A stretch of DNA of 25,738 nt. Source: a virus (lineage: Duplodnaviria > Caudoviricetes). The DNA is taken from the IMG/VR virus record IMGVR_UViG_3300037851_000480, positions 1-25,738 of that record. One strand, given 5' to 3'. The notes beneath the pieces were generated by a model. That model saw only the letters and a program-made list of their open reading frames with translations. It ran no database searches and was not told the DNA's origin. Both the position numbers and the translations under genes were made by a program. Below, piece after piece: positions 17,440 to 25,738 of this stretch (within the stretch, counting starts at the first letter, position 1; the number at the start of each line of letters is the position of its first letter).

Positions 17440-18173
17440 ATTTAGGATGTGGCAGGATACAGTTTCCAGTAGCTCCAGATGCACCTTATATCTGGCATCT
17501 GCGAAAATACCTTAATGAGTATTGCCCGACAGCTCACGATTTTGACGCAGAGTGGATAAATGCAGATCGAAATCAAATTGACGGGGTAGATGTGCAGGTT
17601 GACCTGTTCACATATCCGTGGATTCTGGATGGCGACCGTCCAGCGAGAGACAATTCGTTTGACGTGATATGGGCAAGTCACATTATTGAGCATATACCCC
17701 ACAGGGCTGAGTACAACCAGTACGCGGATTACAACCTAAAGCGAGCAGGCTCGGTTGATGGCTGGTATGCATTTTTTTATGAGGTATGGCGATTGTTGAA
17801 ACCGGATGGCATTGTACATCTGGTTTGCCCAAGTGCTTTCAGCGCCAGCGCAGTAGCCGATCCATCGCACTGCCGGTATATTTTACCAGAATCATTCAGC
17901 TACTTTAGACCTAATTTATCAGACCCATTCGATTATGGGATTGGTTATGCTTTTGACGCAATCAACAACGCAGAGGTTCGGCTGGTAAAAGAGGCGGAAG
18001 AAAAGTACAAAGAGTATGACGATATGTATCTCGCATATCTCAATGCGGAAGGCGAGCAAAAAAAAGAGTTATATGCTATTACAAAGCAGAAAAATCAAGA
18101 AATGATTAAGTATATGAATCGTCATATTAACTGCATCGAGGAATTGTACCTTGCGATGAAGCCAGTTAAGTGA
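17427..18173 (+). CDS. Class I SAM-dependent methyltransferase
   Basis: LNLGCG, WINAD, FDVIWASHIIEHI, EVWRLLKPDG, DPSH; GGAGG RBS before ATG 17427. Confidence 0.9.
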   Translation: MRGLNLGCGRIQFPVAPDAPYIWHLRKYLNEYCPTAHDFDAEWINADRNQIDGVDVQVDLFTYPWILDGDRPARDNSFDVIWASHIIEHIPHRAEYNQYADYNLKRAGSVDGWYAFFYEVWRLLKPDGIVHLVCPSAFSASAVADPSHCRYILPESFSYFRPNLSDPFDYGIGYAFDAINNAEVRLVKEAEEKYKEYDDMYLAYLNAEGEQKKELYAITKQKNQEMIKYMNRHINCIEELYLAMKPVK

Positions 18174-18183
18174 AAATCGAGGG

Positions 18184-18196
18184 TATAATTAGGTTA
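18184..18196 (+). promoter_or_regulatory. Putative -10 box giving a leaderless tail-module transcript
   Basis: TATAAT at 18184-18189, then 6 nt, then ATG 18196; no well-spaced SD. Confidence 0.5.
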
Positions 18197-18609
18197 TGCA
18201 AATATCTCTGGAGATTGATGATAACGGGCTAAAAGAGCGCCTTTCAAAAGCAACACCGGAAACAAAGCGCAAAGCGTGGGCGAAAATGCGCACAGTATCG
18301 TTTGCGATGGCTGAGCGTGTGAAGATGTGGCTGCTTCTGTCTGTAGACACTGGACGCGCGCGGTCGTCGTGGGGAATATGGACTAACGATCTGGTCAAAC
18401 CAAACCCTGACGCCAGCAGCGAGGATGCGGTTTACATAGAAGACGAAGCGAACATGAAAATCACGCAGGGCACAAACGTTGAGTATGTTCTCGATCTGGA
18501 AGAGGGCAGCAGCCAGCGCATGCCCGGTGGCGGAATTTCTGTGGCTGCTCAGGTGGCGGCAGATTTAATCGTAAAAGAGATTGGTGAGCTACTGGACGAG
18601 GTGATTTAA
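18196..18609 (+). CDS. HK97 gp10-like tail completion protein
   Basis: VDTGRARSSW and GTNVEY...LEEGS. Confidence 0.85.
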   Translation: MQISLEIDDNGLKERLSKATPETKRKAWAKMRTVSFAMAERVKMWLLLSVDTGRARSSWGIWTNDLVKPNPDASSEDAVYIEDEANMKITQGTNVEYVLDLEEGSSQRMPGGGISVAAQVAADLIVKEIGELLDEVI

Positions 18610-19139
18610 TGGCATTCAGCGCTCAGTATGGAGATTATAACGTACAGGCGAGTTTTAACAACTGGTTCGTTACTCGTGTGACTGCTAATGGCACTCCAGC
18701 ATGGATGCCCAGCGCGCGCGTTGTTTTCGATTACGGCACAGAGAAACCTCTGTTTTCTGGTTATAGTGGTCATGCATTCAGCGTAACGCACTTTGAGAGC
18801 AATGTTATGGAACCGTATCAGGGGCGTAATGTTGACAACGGGAGTTTAGGCCATACAAGGCGCGGAATGGTTGAGATTGATGTATGGATAAATAAAAATG
18901 TGGCCGGGAGTCTGTCAGTAGCGCGAATGAGGCAAGCGTGCGATATGGTGTCACGTCTGCTGACATCAGCGCGATCTGTGCCAATTTCTGATTTTTACTC
19001 ATCTACTGCTAATCCGCCGTCCCTGTCCGCTTCGATCAGGCTGCATGAATTTTCAATGACAAATCCGATTCCAGATGTTAATCCAGATGTTATCAGAACG
19101 AGGTTCGTAATCCCATACACATGGGTTTATCGCTCGTAA
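18609..19139 (+). CDS. Putative tail terminator protein
   Basis: Position between gp10-like and tube genes; G.VEIDVW beta strand; size. Confidence 0.6.
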   Translation: MAFSAQYGDYNVQASFNNWFVTRVTANGTPAWMPSARVVFDYGTEKPLFSGYSGHAFSVTHFESNVMEPYQGRNVDNGSLGHTRRGMVEIDVWINKNVAGSLSVARMRQACDMVSRLLTSARSVPISDFYSSTANPPSLSASIRLHEFSMTNPIPDVNPDVIRTRFVIPYTWVYRS

Positions 19140-19142
19140 CGA

Positions 19143-19167
19143 TGTTATAATATGAGTAGTGCCATGT
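19143..19167 (+). promoter_or_regulatory. Extended -10 promoter and GTGCC tandem-repeat leader (second copy)
   Basis: TGtTATAAT at 19143-19151; TAGTGCCATGTGCC at 19157-19170. Confidence 0.7.
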
Positions 19168-19197
19168 GCCCGATTTTATTCGGGCTTTATTTTTTTT
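19168..19197 (+). terminator. Intrinsic terminator/attenuator before the tail tube gene
   Basis: GCCCGA-TTTTAT-TCGGGC followed by TTTATTTTTTTT. Confidence 0.8.
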
Positions 19198-19212
19198 CTA
19201 CAGGAGTGAGTT

Positions 19213-19704
19213 ATGCCAGAGCGGGAAGCAAGAGTTTTTGCAGAGGGTAGTTTGAGATGGGCGCAGGCGAGCGGCAGCGGGTTGTCATGGGCAACCGCCA
19301 GCGCAGCGGCCACAGGTCTACTCGGTTTTGTACAGGCCGGTATGTCTATAAACAGTGCGCGTGACATGCTCGCGGTTTATGATCGTGGCCTACCGAGCCA
19401 TCATAAATGGATGCAGTCGACCATGCCTGAGGTGACATTCACGTTTTTGCAGGCAGTGACCGCCAGTATGCCACCACTAGCGCCAACTGCCAGCGGCGCT
19501 AGCGTTCCTATGTTGCATTTTGAGATGAAACACGACATCGACGAAATACCGGGCAGCGCGCACTTCTGGCAGTTTGTTGGGGGTGTTTGTCTGTCGAACG
19601 GATTTACAGAAAACCGGGAAGGCAATACCATCCAGCAGACCTGGCGTTTTCTGTCATACACGGGGCCCACGGCTAGCGGATATTTGGCGACCGGCGGCCA
19701 GTAA
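19213..19704 (+). CDS. Putative major tail (tube) protein
   Basis: Position, own promoter and AGGAG RBS, 163 aa, beta-rich. Confidence 0.65.
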   Translation: MPEREARVFAEGSLRWAQASGSGLSWATASAAATGLLGFVQAGMSINSARDMLAVYDRGLPSHHKWMQSTMPEVTFTFLQAVTASMPPLAPTASGASVPMLHFEMKHDIDEIPGSAHFWQFVGGVCLSNGFTENREGNTIQQTWRFLSYTGPTASGYLATGGQ

Positions 19705-19716
19705 AGGGGGCTGCCA

Positions 19717-20124
19717 ATGGCAGAGGTATTTACGTGGGCTGAGGGGAGCGCCTACTTTTGGAGTGGAAATTCCAGCACGTCGGCGCGTCTCTCGTTTGCT
19801 CGCAACGCGACTGTTGCTACAACAGTATCACGATACAGATACCGCGTTCCCTACGCATCGACATGGACGTACATCGAAATTGACAGGGGCGCGGATTTGT
19901 CGATCTCGCAGGGTTTCAGCGATAAATCGCTGCTGAATTACCACCAGAATGCTGCTGGTGGGGTAGTTCACTGCCATATCAAAAATGTGGTTGGCACAAC
20001 AGGGACAAGTGGCGGAATTTTTCTTTGGACAGGTGAAATCAAGAGCCTGTCGGTTGGTGGCGGGGATGGCTCTGAGATGGCTGTCTCTCTCGCGGCCCAT
20101 TTCGACAACTGGAGCGCATACTAG
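19717..20124 (+). CDS. Second tail-tube-like protein
   Basis: N-terminus FTWAEGSAYFWSG resembles VFAEGSLRWAQ of the upstream gene; beta-rich. Confidence 0.5.
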   Translation: MAEVFTWAEGSAYFWSGNSSTSARLSFARNATVATTVSRYRYRVPYASTWTYIEIDRGADLSISQGFSDKSLLNYHQNAAGGVVHCHIKNVVGTTGTSGGIFLWTGEIKSLSVGGGDGSEMAVSLAAHFDNWSAY

Positions 20125-21435
20125 ATGAACAAGCTGATCAGAGTTGTCCTGTCACTAGTCAGTGATCAGTTCTCCAGCGGGATACAGAGCGCGATATCGA
20201 GCCTATCCGGCTTTGGCAATATTGTCTCGGGGCTGCGAGATGGCTTCTTGATGCTGAAAGGCGCGGCAACGGCGGTCTGGGATACATTTATTAAGGGCGC
20301 TATTGATGAGGAACGCCTAATCAGACAGATGGGAATTCTGGCAGGAAGCAGCGAAAAAGGCGCTGCACTTGTCGAGCGACTTGATAAATGGATCGTGCAG
20401 ACTGGGGTTGATGGGGCTGATGCTGAAGCCGCTTTCAGTGATCTGGCTGTTGGTATCAAAGCTGCAACCGGAGAGCTTGACCCTGATCAGCTTTTCAAGT
20501 ACATGGAGATCATCGAGAGTCTGGCTCTCGCAACCGGGAAAACTGCCTCGGATTTAGCGCGTCCAGTCATGCGCGCGATAACTGGAGATGTTGAGCAGCT
20601 AGCGAGAGCACTGGGGATCAACAAAGAGAGACTGGCTCAGCTATCACCAGAGTTTGCAAAAATGATGGACAGCGCTACTCAGGCGGGCGAGGCGCAACTC
20701 GGAGCAGTTACGAGACTGGCAGGTCGCAGTGAGCAGGTAGCAGGTGATGCGCTCAAGGCGCTGGAGGAGATTACTGCTGGTCTGACTGGTGGTCAGGATG
20801 TGCTGTCTGATTTTGGCGATAGTACTGAAGCCGAGTTAAACAGGGCTAAGCAGAACTGGGATGATTTTACCGAATTGGTTGGAGAACAATTTTTACCGAT
20901 CATCACTGACGCGCTGCGAGAAATAAACAAATGGATAGAAGAGCATCCAGAGGAAATCAAGCAGTTTATTGAGGCGTTCGGGAATTTCTCAGCCACACAG
21001 TGGGAGCGATTCGCTGATGCACTTTCTCGTGTTGACTGGGAAAAGATCGCAGACGTGATGCTGCTTATGGTCGAGGTTCTCGACAAAATGACGAATGCTG
21101 AATGGAAACTTCCGGGGGAAGATTTGTACGGCCTGTCGGCGGGACAGCTCGGAGCTATGGCTGCTACGGAGGGCAAAGCGCTAGAAAGCCAGTATAATGG
21201 ACAGCTCGGAGATGTGTCGACTGCGGCGCAGCTTGGAGGTTTAGGAAATTCTGCTGCCATGAAGGCGGGCTGGCAGCTTGGAGGTTGGATTGCGTCTAAT
21301 ATCAAGATCACTTTCGGGATTGATGAAGAGGGCCAGCTAAACGTAAAAAAGATCGCTGAGGACAAGGCGACAGACGCAATTGGTGCGGTTATCGAGAATA
21401 TGACAGAGCAGCATAGCAAAAAGGGCATGAGGTAG
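20125..21435 (+). CDS. Tape measure protein (short, 436 aa)
   Basis: Ala-rich helical protein; DQFSSGI, GDVEQLARALGI, GEQFLPII...L..I..WIEEHPE TMP-like motifs. Confidence 0.85.
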   Translation: MNKLIRVVLSLVSDQFSSGIQSAISSLSGFGNIVSGLRDGFLMLKGAATAVWDTFIKGAIDEERLIRQMGILAGSSEKGAALVERLDKWIVQTGVDGADAEAAFSDLAVGIKAATGELDPDQLFKYMEIIESLALATGKTASDLARPVMRAITGDVEQLARALGINKERLAQLSPEFAKMMDSATQAGEAQLGAVTRLAGRSEQVAGDALKALEEITAGLTGGQDVLSDFGDSTEAELNRAKQNWDDFTELVGEQFLPIITDALREINKWIEEHPEEIKQFIEAFGNFSATQWERFADALSRVDWEKIADVMLLMVEVLDKMTNAEWKLPGEDLYGLSAGQLGAMAATEGKALESQYNGQLGDVSTAAQLGGLGNSAAMKAGWQLGGWIASNIKITFGIDEEGQLNVKKIAEDKATDAIGAVIENMTEQHSKKGMR

Positions 21436-21437
21436 TC

Positions 21438-21785
21438 ATGGGCAGTTTTAGCATCAATGGAACTTTCAGTGCGTGCTATGATCCTGATATGGAGTCATGG
21501 GACGGTACTCCTGTGGTGGGCGCATTCGTTGGTGGGCGTCCGATCCGTCAAGGGTGGCCATCCTGTACGCTGCGTTTTCCTCCGCTTCCCAGCGCAGGCT
21601 TTAATGAACTGGTATCACGGTACGAGGCAAATAAAAGCTCGCAAACCAGCGGGAATGTTCCAGCGGTCAGCGGCTATGGATTTCGCGCATGCAGTGCATA
21701 TTTTGAAGAGCCGCATCTGGGCGGGTTCGACGGTGGTTTTGCGCTTGGAGTAACAATGAGGGTTTCGAGGATTGGCTGGTACTAA
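21438..21785 (+). CDS. Putative distal tail protein
   Basis: Small beta protein immediately after the TMP; GAGG RBS. Confidence 0.55.
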   Translation: MGSFSINGTFSACYDPDMESWDGTPVVGAFVGGRPIRQGWPSCTLRFPPLPSAGFNELVSRYEANKSSQTSGNVPAVSGYGFRACSAYFEEPHLGGFDGGFALGVTMRVSRIGWY

Positions 21786-23875
21786 TGGCTCTTTCTGCAC
21801 AGCAACTAACATACCTGAAAACATGCGACCAGCGATTTAAGGCGTCCGTTGCATTGTTTCCTGCCTACTCCCCAACCATCACCACCCCCACCCCCGGAGC
21901 TGGAACACTGCTAAACCATAAACCAATCCCCATGGTGTCGCCGCGCTACAGCGTTGTTGATAACAGTGGGTCGATAACATTGTATGCAACAGACAGCTAT
22001 AATCGTGGCGGCGAGTATGTTGGAAATAGCAACATCGCATGGGCTAATACAGGTGGTAGTGGCACTCTGGTAGATAACGCAGACGGCACGGCGACATACA
22101 CTGCACCTGCATCTGGTTCTGGAACAAACCTGATCACTATGACAGCATCAAACGACTATGGCGACAAAGATGCTAAAGTGTATGTTGCATACCCTAAAAG
22201 TGCATACGATGCTATCGCAGCTGAGATAGCGAGTATGTCAGGCAGTGTTGAGCAAAAAGGGTGGACTGTGACACTGAGAGTGCGCGGTGATACGAGCGCA
22301 TTCGAGATAGGCAAAATTGTCCTGTTGCACATCGATGATACGTGGTCTGGAACAACAAGTACTTTTGGTGGATATAAGTACGCTGAGGGTGTTTTTTGTG
22401 GTTACATCACAGACATGCAGTATTTTGAATCATGGGATGGGCAGCGATGGCTGGGCATAGAAGCACAATCTAGCTGGTGGAAACTCGATCAGATTCAGAT
22501 CGCGGAAACATACTGGGGAAGAACGAAAGCGACCGGGCGCTATTATCGCAGTGATTTTGTTCCCGTAGACGCTGCGTGGAAATTTGTCAACGATATAACC
22601 GATTTCACTAGTAGGCATAACGTAACGCTGTTTTACGACACAAATGTCATTGACGATTTGATCATAGGAAAAAGCGCTGATGGCTATACCAGCCTGGCGA
22701 CCATCATTGAGGATTTGATGGGGCGTGGCCTTGCGATTGCATACACTGACAGGTACTCCAGTCTGATGTGCATCCCTGATCCAGATGTCAGGAGTGCTGA
22801 ATGGTGGGGAACTCCAGAGCCTATGTTTGATTCATCTGGAGATGGCGCGCTGACTGAGCAGTTTTGTTTTAGCTATGAGATACAGAGACATCATACACCC
22901 AATGTCAAAAAGCTATCGTTGATAGCATACGATAGCAGTAAACTTGGGCTATGGGCAGTCAGCCAGGCGAGCGCTGGTTCGCCCGGCAGTGAGAGTGCCA
23001 TTAAGGGCCTTTTATGTGATGATGTGTTACAACTGGTTGCGTGGGCAAAAGAGAAGCGGGCGCAGATGAATAAGCCGTGGCATATCCGCGCCGACATCCC
23101 TCTCAATCACGTAGTTGATATATGCAGTCCGGTTGATGTTGATTTTACCAACCCGCTGTTAGCCGGTGGACTAACTGCTGCCGGTCTGGCATGGGTTGAG
23201 TCAATCAGCTATCGGCCAACCACCGATGGAAAGTGGCGCGGGCAGTGGGTTCTGGCTAAAAACACTCAGAGCGATACAGGACTCTCTGGCGAAATCACGG
23301 GATGGGGCGGAACGGGGCAATGGGGAAGCAGGAGCGGTATCACCGGAATCGATCTTGAAAACACAGGAGGATGGACTGCGCCAAGTCAGGGTAGCTCGAC
23401 GTGGTATCATCTATTTAATTTTATAAACTCAGGTTATGGAGGTTGGAGCGCTCAAACTGATATAAACTACCACACCTCAGGCTACGCTGGCAGCTATCAA
23501 TCCGGCTATGGCTGGAGCGCTATGAGGGTCTGGAGCACAGATGATAATCGGTGGGACTGGTGGATTGACATATACCAGCCTATCAGCCCGCGGACGATCA
23601 CGGGAATGCGATTCTGGATAAGTGCAGGTGGCGGCGATTCGCTCGGTTTTATCGTACACTCAGAGCAGGATATGGTGGATACAAGCGGAATCAACTTTGT
23701 ACAAACGTCTCCGCTTACGCCAGGTGTCAGTATCCAGAGTGCAGCAACGTCGTATGAAAACGTAAGCGGATTAACAATTGGTTTTGCATGTTATGAGCCG
23801 CCCAGCGCGGTCGATGGGCCACGGATTTACAGTGCAGCGTTTGGTGGATATGGAGCCGATCCATTTTCGGGGTAA
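21785..23875 (+). CDS. Putative tail hub/tip protein with Ig-like N-terminal and aromatic-rich C-terminal domains
   Basis: GTLVDNADGTATYTAPASG Ig/PKD-like segment; VFCGYITD hub-like motif; Trp/Gly-rich C-terminus. Confidence 0.65.
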   Translation: MALSAQQLTYLKTCDQRFKASVALFPAYSPTITTPTPGAGTLLNHKPIPMVSPRYSVVDNSGSITLYATDSYNRGGEYVGNSNIAWANTGGSGTLVDNADGTATYTAPASGSGTNLITMTASNDYGDKDAKVYVAYPKSAYDAIAAEIASMSGSVEQKGWTVTLRVRGDTSAFEIGKIVLLHIDDTWSGTTSTFGGYKYAEGVFCGYITDMQYFESWDGQRWLGIEAQSSWWKLDQIQIAETYWGRTKATGRYYRSDFVPVDAAWKFVNDITDFTSRHNVTLFYDTNVIDDLIIGKSADGYTSLATIIEDLMGRGLAIAYTDRYSSLMCIPDPDVRSAEWWGTPEPMFDSSGDGALTEQFCFSYEIQRHHTPNVKKLSLIAYDSSKLGLWAVSQASAGSPGSESAIKGLLCDDVLQLVAWAKEKRAQMNKPWHIRADIPLNHVVDICSPVDVDFTNPLLAGGLTAAGLAWVESISYRPTTDGKWRGQWVLAKNTQSDTGLSGEITGWGGTGQWGSRSGITGIDLENTGGWTAPSQGSSTWYHLFNFINSGYGGWSAQTDINYHTSGYAGSYQSGYGWSAMRVWSTDDNRWDWWIDIYQPISPRTITGMRFWISAGGGDSLGFIVHSEQDMVDTSGINFVQTSPLTPGVSIQSAATSYENVSGLTIGFACYEPPSAVDGPRIYSAAFGGYGADPFSG

Positions 23876-23878
23876 TTT

Positions 23879-25738
23879 ATGGCAAATTACGATCTTGATA
23901 ATCTGGCAGCAAAATTAGGAGACCATATTGACGCAAAGGCCGCTTCAATGTGGCCCGGCACTACGTTACTACAGGTCATCGATGCCTCTGATCAGATTGC
24001 TCAGGGTTATGTCTGGTGCGATCTGGCTAGCACAGTTGTCAGGTGTTATGTACCAAATGGCATCAAGCTGGACGCGGGGCAGGTCATATATGCTCTACCT
24101 GTCAATTCGGGAACCGACAGCGAGTATGTCTGTCTGGGTGTTTCGTGGAATGGCACAGATAACAGTCGATTTCCACGTATGGTTGCTGAGAGCATAGAAA
24201 AACCTGACGGAACGCCTATCGGTGGAGGAAGCGGAACAGTAACCAGCGTAGGTATAAGCGCATCTCCGGCAAGTGTTTTTGGTGTGAGTGATTCTCCAGT
24301 GACTAGCAGCGGAACTATTGCACTATCGATGGACAACCAGAACGCTAATGTTGTGTTAGCAGGCCCATCCAGTGGAGCCGCCGCGGAGCCAGCATTCAGA
24401 GCGCTGGCGGCTGCGGATATACCAACCAGCTTGCCATCGCTGGATCATAACTCGTTGACCAATCTGGATACTGGTGATGTGCATACCCAGTACATTCTAA
24501 AATCGCTGTTTGAAGCGAACACGTTGCTAAAAGCGGACGCGGACAACACGCCAGAGGCACTTACTATCGCAGAGAGCAGCATAGTTGGCAGGCTGACTGG
24601 CGGAGAAATTGGCAGCCTGACAGGAGCGCAAGCGGCCACGCTCTTACCTGATGTGGTTGGTGATTCTGGCAGCGGCGGAACCAGTGGACTAGTTCCGGCT
24701 CCGGGGGCAGGGGATGCAGCAGATGGAAAGTTTCTTAAGGCCAGCGGGGAATGGGCTGTTCCCCCATCCTCATCGGGAAGTGCTGGTGGTGATGCATTAG
24801 AAGCTCGCCTAACACTTGAGACTGGCGTTGCAGTTAGCGTAACCGCTCAAACTGCAAAGACAACGGTGTACCTGACACCATATCACGGTAATTTTATCAG
24901 TGTTTATGATGGGGATTCGTGGTCACAACTGGAACTAACGAGCGACATCAGTATAAAATTAACAGACTCACAGACAGGAACAACAACAAATGGCAATGCT
25001 CAGATAACTGGTCTGACTGACACCAGCCAGCTCATCGCCGGAATGCTGGTATCCGGTACTGGCGTGGCGGCGAATTCAACGATCAGCAGCATCGATAGCG
25101 CGACTGCGGTAACCCTGAATAACAACTGCACGGCAAGCGGAACGGTTACCATCACTTTCAAGGTCGCAGCAAATAAAAATTTAGATATTTTTGCAGAAGA
25201 TTCCAGCGGGCTTGTTTTGTCGATGGTAGCGTGGACAAACGACACCACCAGAGCAACCGCTATTGCATTACAGGATGGTCGATATGTTCTGAGTGGAAGC
25301 GAGACCAAGCGGTACTGCGGGACTGTGCGCACCACGTCCACTGACGGTCAGACCGAGATTACATCATCAAATTGTTTGTTGTTTAACGCAAAAAACAGAG
25401 TGCAAAAAAGGCTATTTTGCACAGATTCTACTTCTCAGTGGACATACACAACAGCTACGCACAGAGCAGCTAATAATAACACGACAGTAGGTACAGGGCG
25501 TGTAGCATTTGTTGTTGGTATAAATGACATGCCGGTATCGGCAACAAATGTAAGTGGAGCAGCGAATAACTCTGCGGTCGTACTCGCGATTGGTGGCATT
25601 GGTATAGACAGTACATCAGTAAACAGTTCTACGGTAAGTCATGGATACGGAGTCTTAAACACAGCAGGGTTATACTCAACTATACTGTCCATATACCATG
25701 CGTTTACTGGAATCGGTTACCATTATATACAGCGTCTC
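23879..25738 (+). CDS. Tail spike/fibre protein, 3' truncated
   Basis: Not in ORF track. 620 open codons from ATG 23879 (MANYDLDNLAAKL...) to the window end; fibre motifs GTVTSVG, SPVTSSGTI, AGP.SG..A.P.FRAL.A.DIP, GLVPAP.AG....FL...G.W. Confidence 0.85.
   Translation, partial: MANYDLDNLAAKLGDHIDAKAASMWPGTTLLQVIDASDQIAQGYVWCDLASTVVRCYVPNGIKLDAGQVIYALPVNSGTDSEYVCLGVSWNGTDNSRFPRMVAESIEKPDGTPIGGGSGTVTSVGISASPASVFGVSDSPVTSSGTIALSMDNQNANVVLAGPSSGAAAEPAFRALAAADIPTSLPSLDHNSLTNLDTGDVHTQYILKSLFEANTLLKADADNTPEALTIAESSIVGRLTGGEIGSLTGAQAATLLPDVVGDSGSGGTSGLVPAPGAGDAADGKFLKASGEWAVPPSSSGSAGGDALEARLTLETGVAVSVTAQTAKTTVYLTPYHGNFISVYDGDSWSQLELTSDISIKLTDSQTGTTTNGNAQITGLTDTSQLIAGMLVSGTGVAANSTISSIDSATAVTLNNNCTASGTVTITFKVAANKNLDIFAEDSSGLVLSMVAWTNDTTRATAIALQDGRYVLSGSETKRYCGTVRTTSTDGQTEITSSNCLLFNAKNRVQKRLFCTDSTSQWTYTTATHRAANNNTTVGTGRVAFVVGINDMPVSATNVSGAANNSAVVLAIGGIGIDSTSVNSSTVSHGYGVLNTAGLYSTILSIYHAFTGIGYHYIQRL

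Noticed and set aside
13743-18173. DNA hypermodification or Gtr serotype-conversion reading of the GT block
   Set aside because: No base hydroxylase, hydroxymethylase, flippase or membrane GT in the window, and the methyltransferase lacks DNA-MTase motifs. Disfavoured, but not excluded for the rest of the genome.
11-25341. Numerous minus-strand ORFs (e.g. 4303-5160, 20793-21428)
   Set aside because: All are antisense shadows of well-supported + strand genes and have no recognisable motifs.
1-25738. CRISPR array, tRNA, integrase, intron/intein, diversity-generating retroelement
   Set aside because: No spaced repeats, cloverleaf, recombinase or reverse transcriptase motifs, or interrupted core genes were seen by eye.
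1-25738. Host assignment
   Set aside because: Gene style loosely recalls phages of uncultured Chloroflexota-like hosts, but nothing in the sequence establishes this.

Overview
This window is a contiguous piece of a tailed dsDNA phage or prophage genome with all credible genes on the + strand. Order: small early/middle genes (partial VRR-NUC nuclease, HicB-like protein, Zn-ribbons, DEDD exonuclease, winged HTH), then TerS/TerL, portal, gp7/Mu-F head morphogenesis protein, an accessory block with a polysaccharide deacetylase, protease-scaffold, decoration protein, Mu-gpT-like capsid and neck genes. A five-gene block (GT4, GT2, two CgeB/YkvP-like glycosyltransferases, SAM methyltransferase) follows, then tail completion, terminator, two tube-like genes, a short tape measure, hub and a truncated spike/fibre. 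Two candidates stand out. (1) A soluble glycosylation, methylation and deacetylation toolkit sits inside the morphogenesis region, alongside S-G/S-A/TAS-rich virion proteins, which suggests a phage-encoded virion glycan coat. (2) A repeated leader element (extended -10 promoter, tandem GTGCC repeat, intrinsic terminator) precedes both the capsid operon and the tail tube, next to a possible zinc-less Com-like protein, which suggests an RNA-based late-gene switch. All family calls come from motif recognition by eye; no searches were run.
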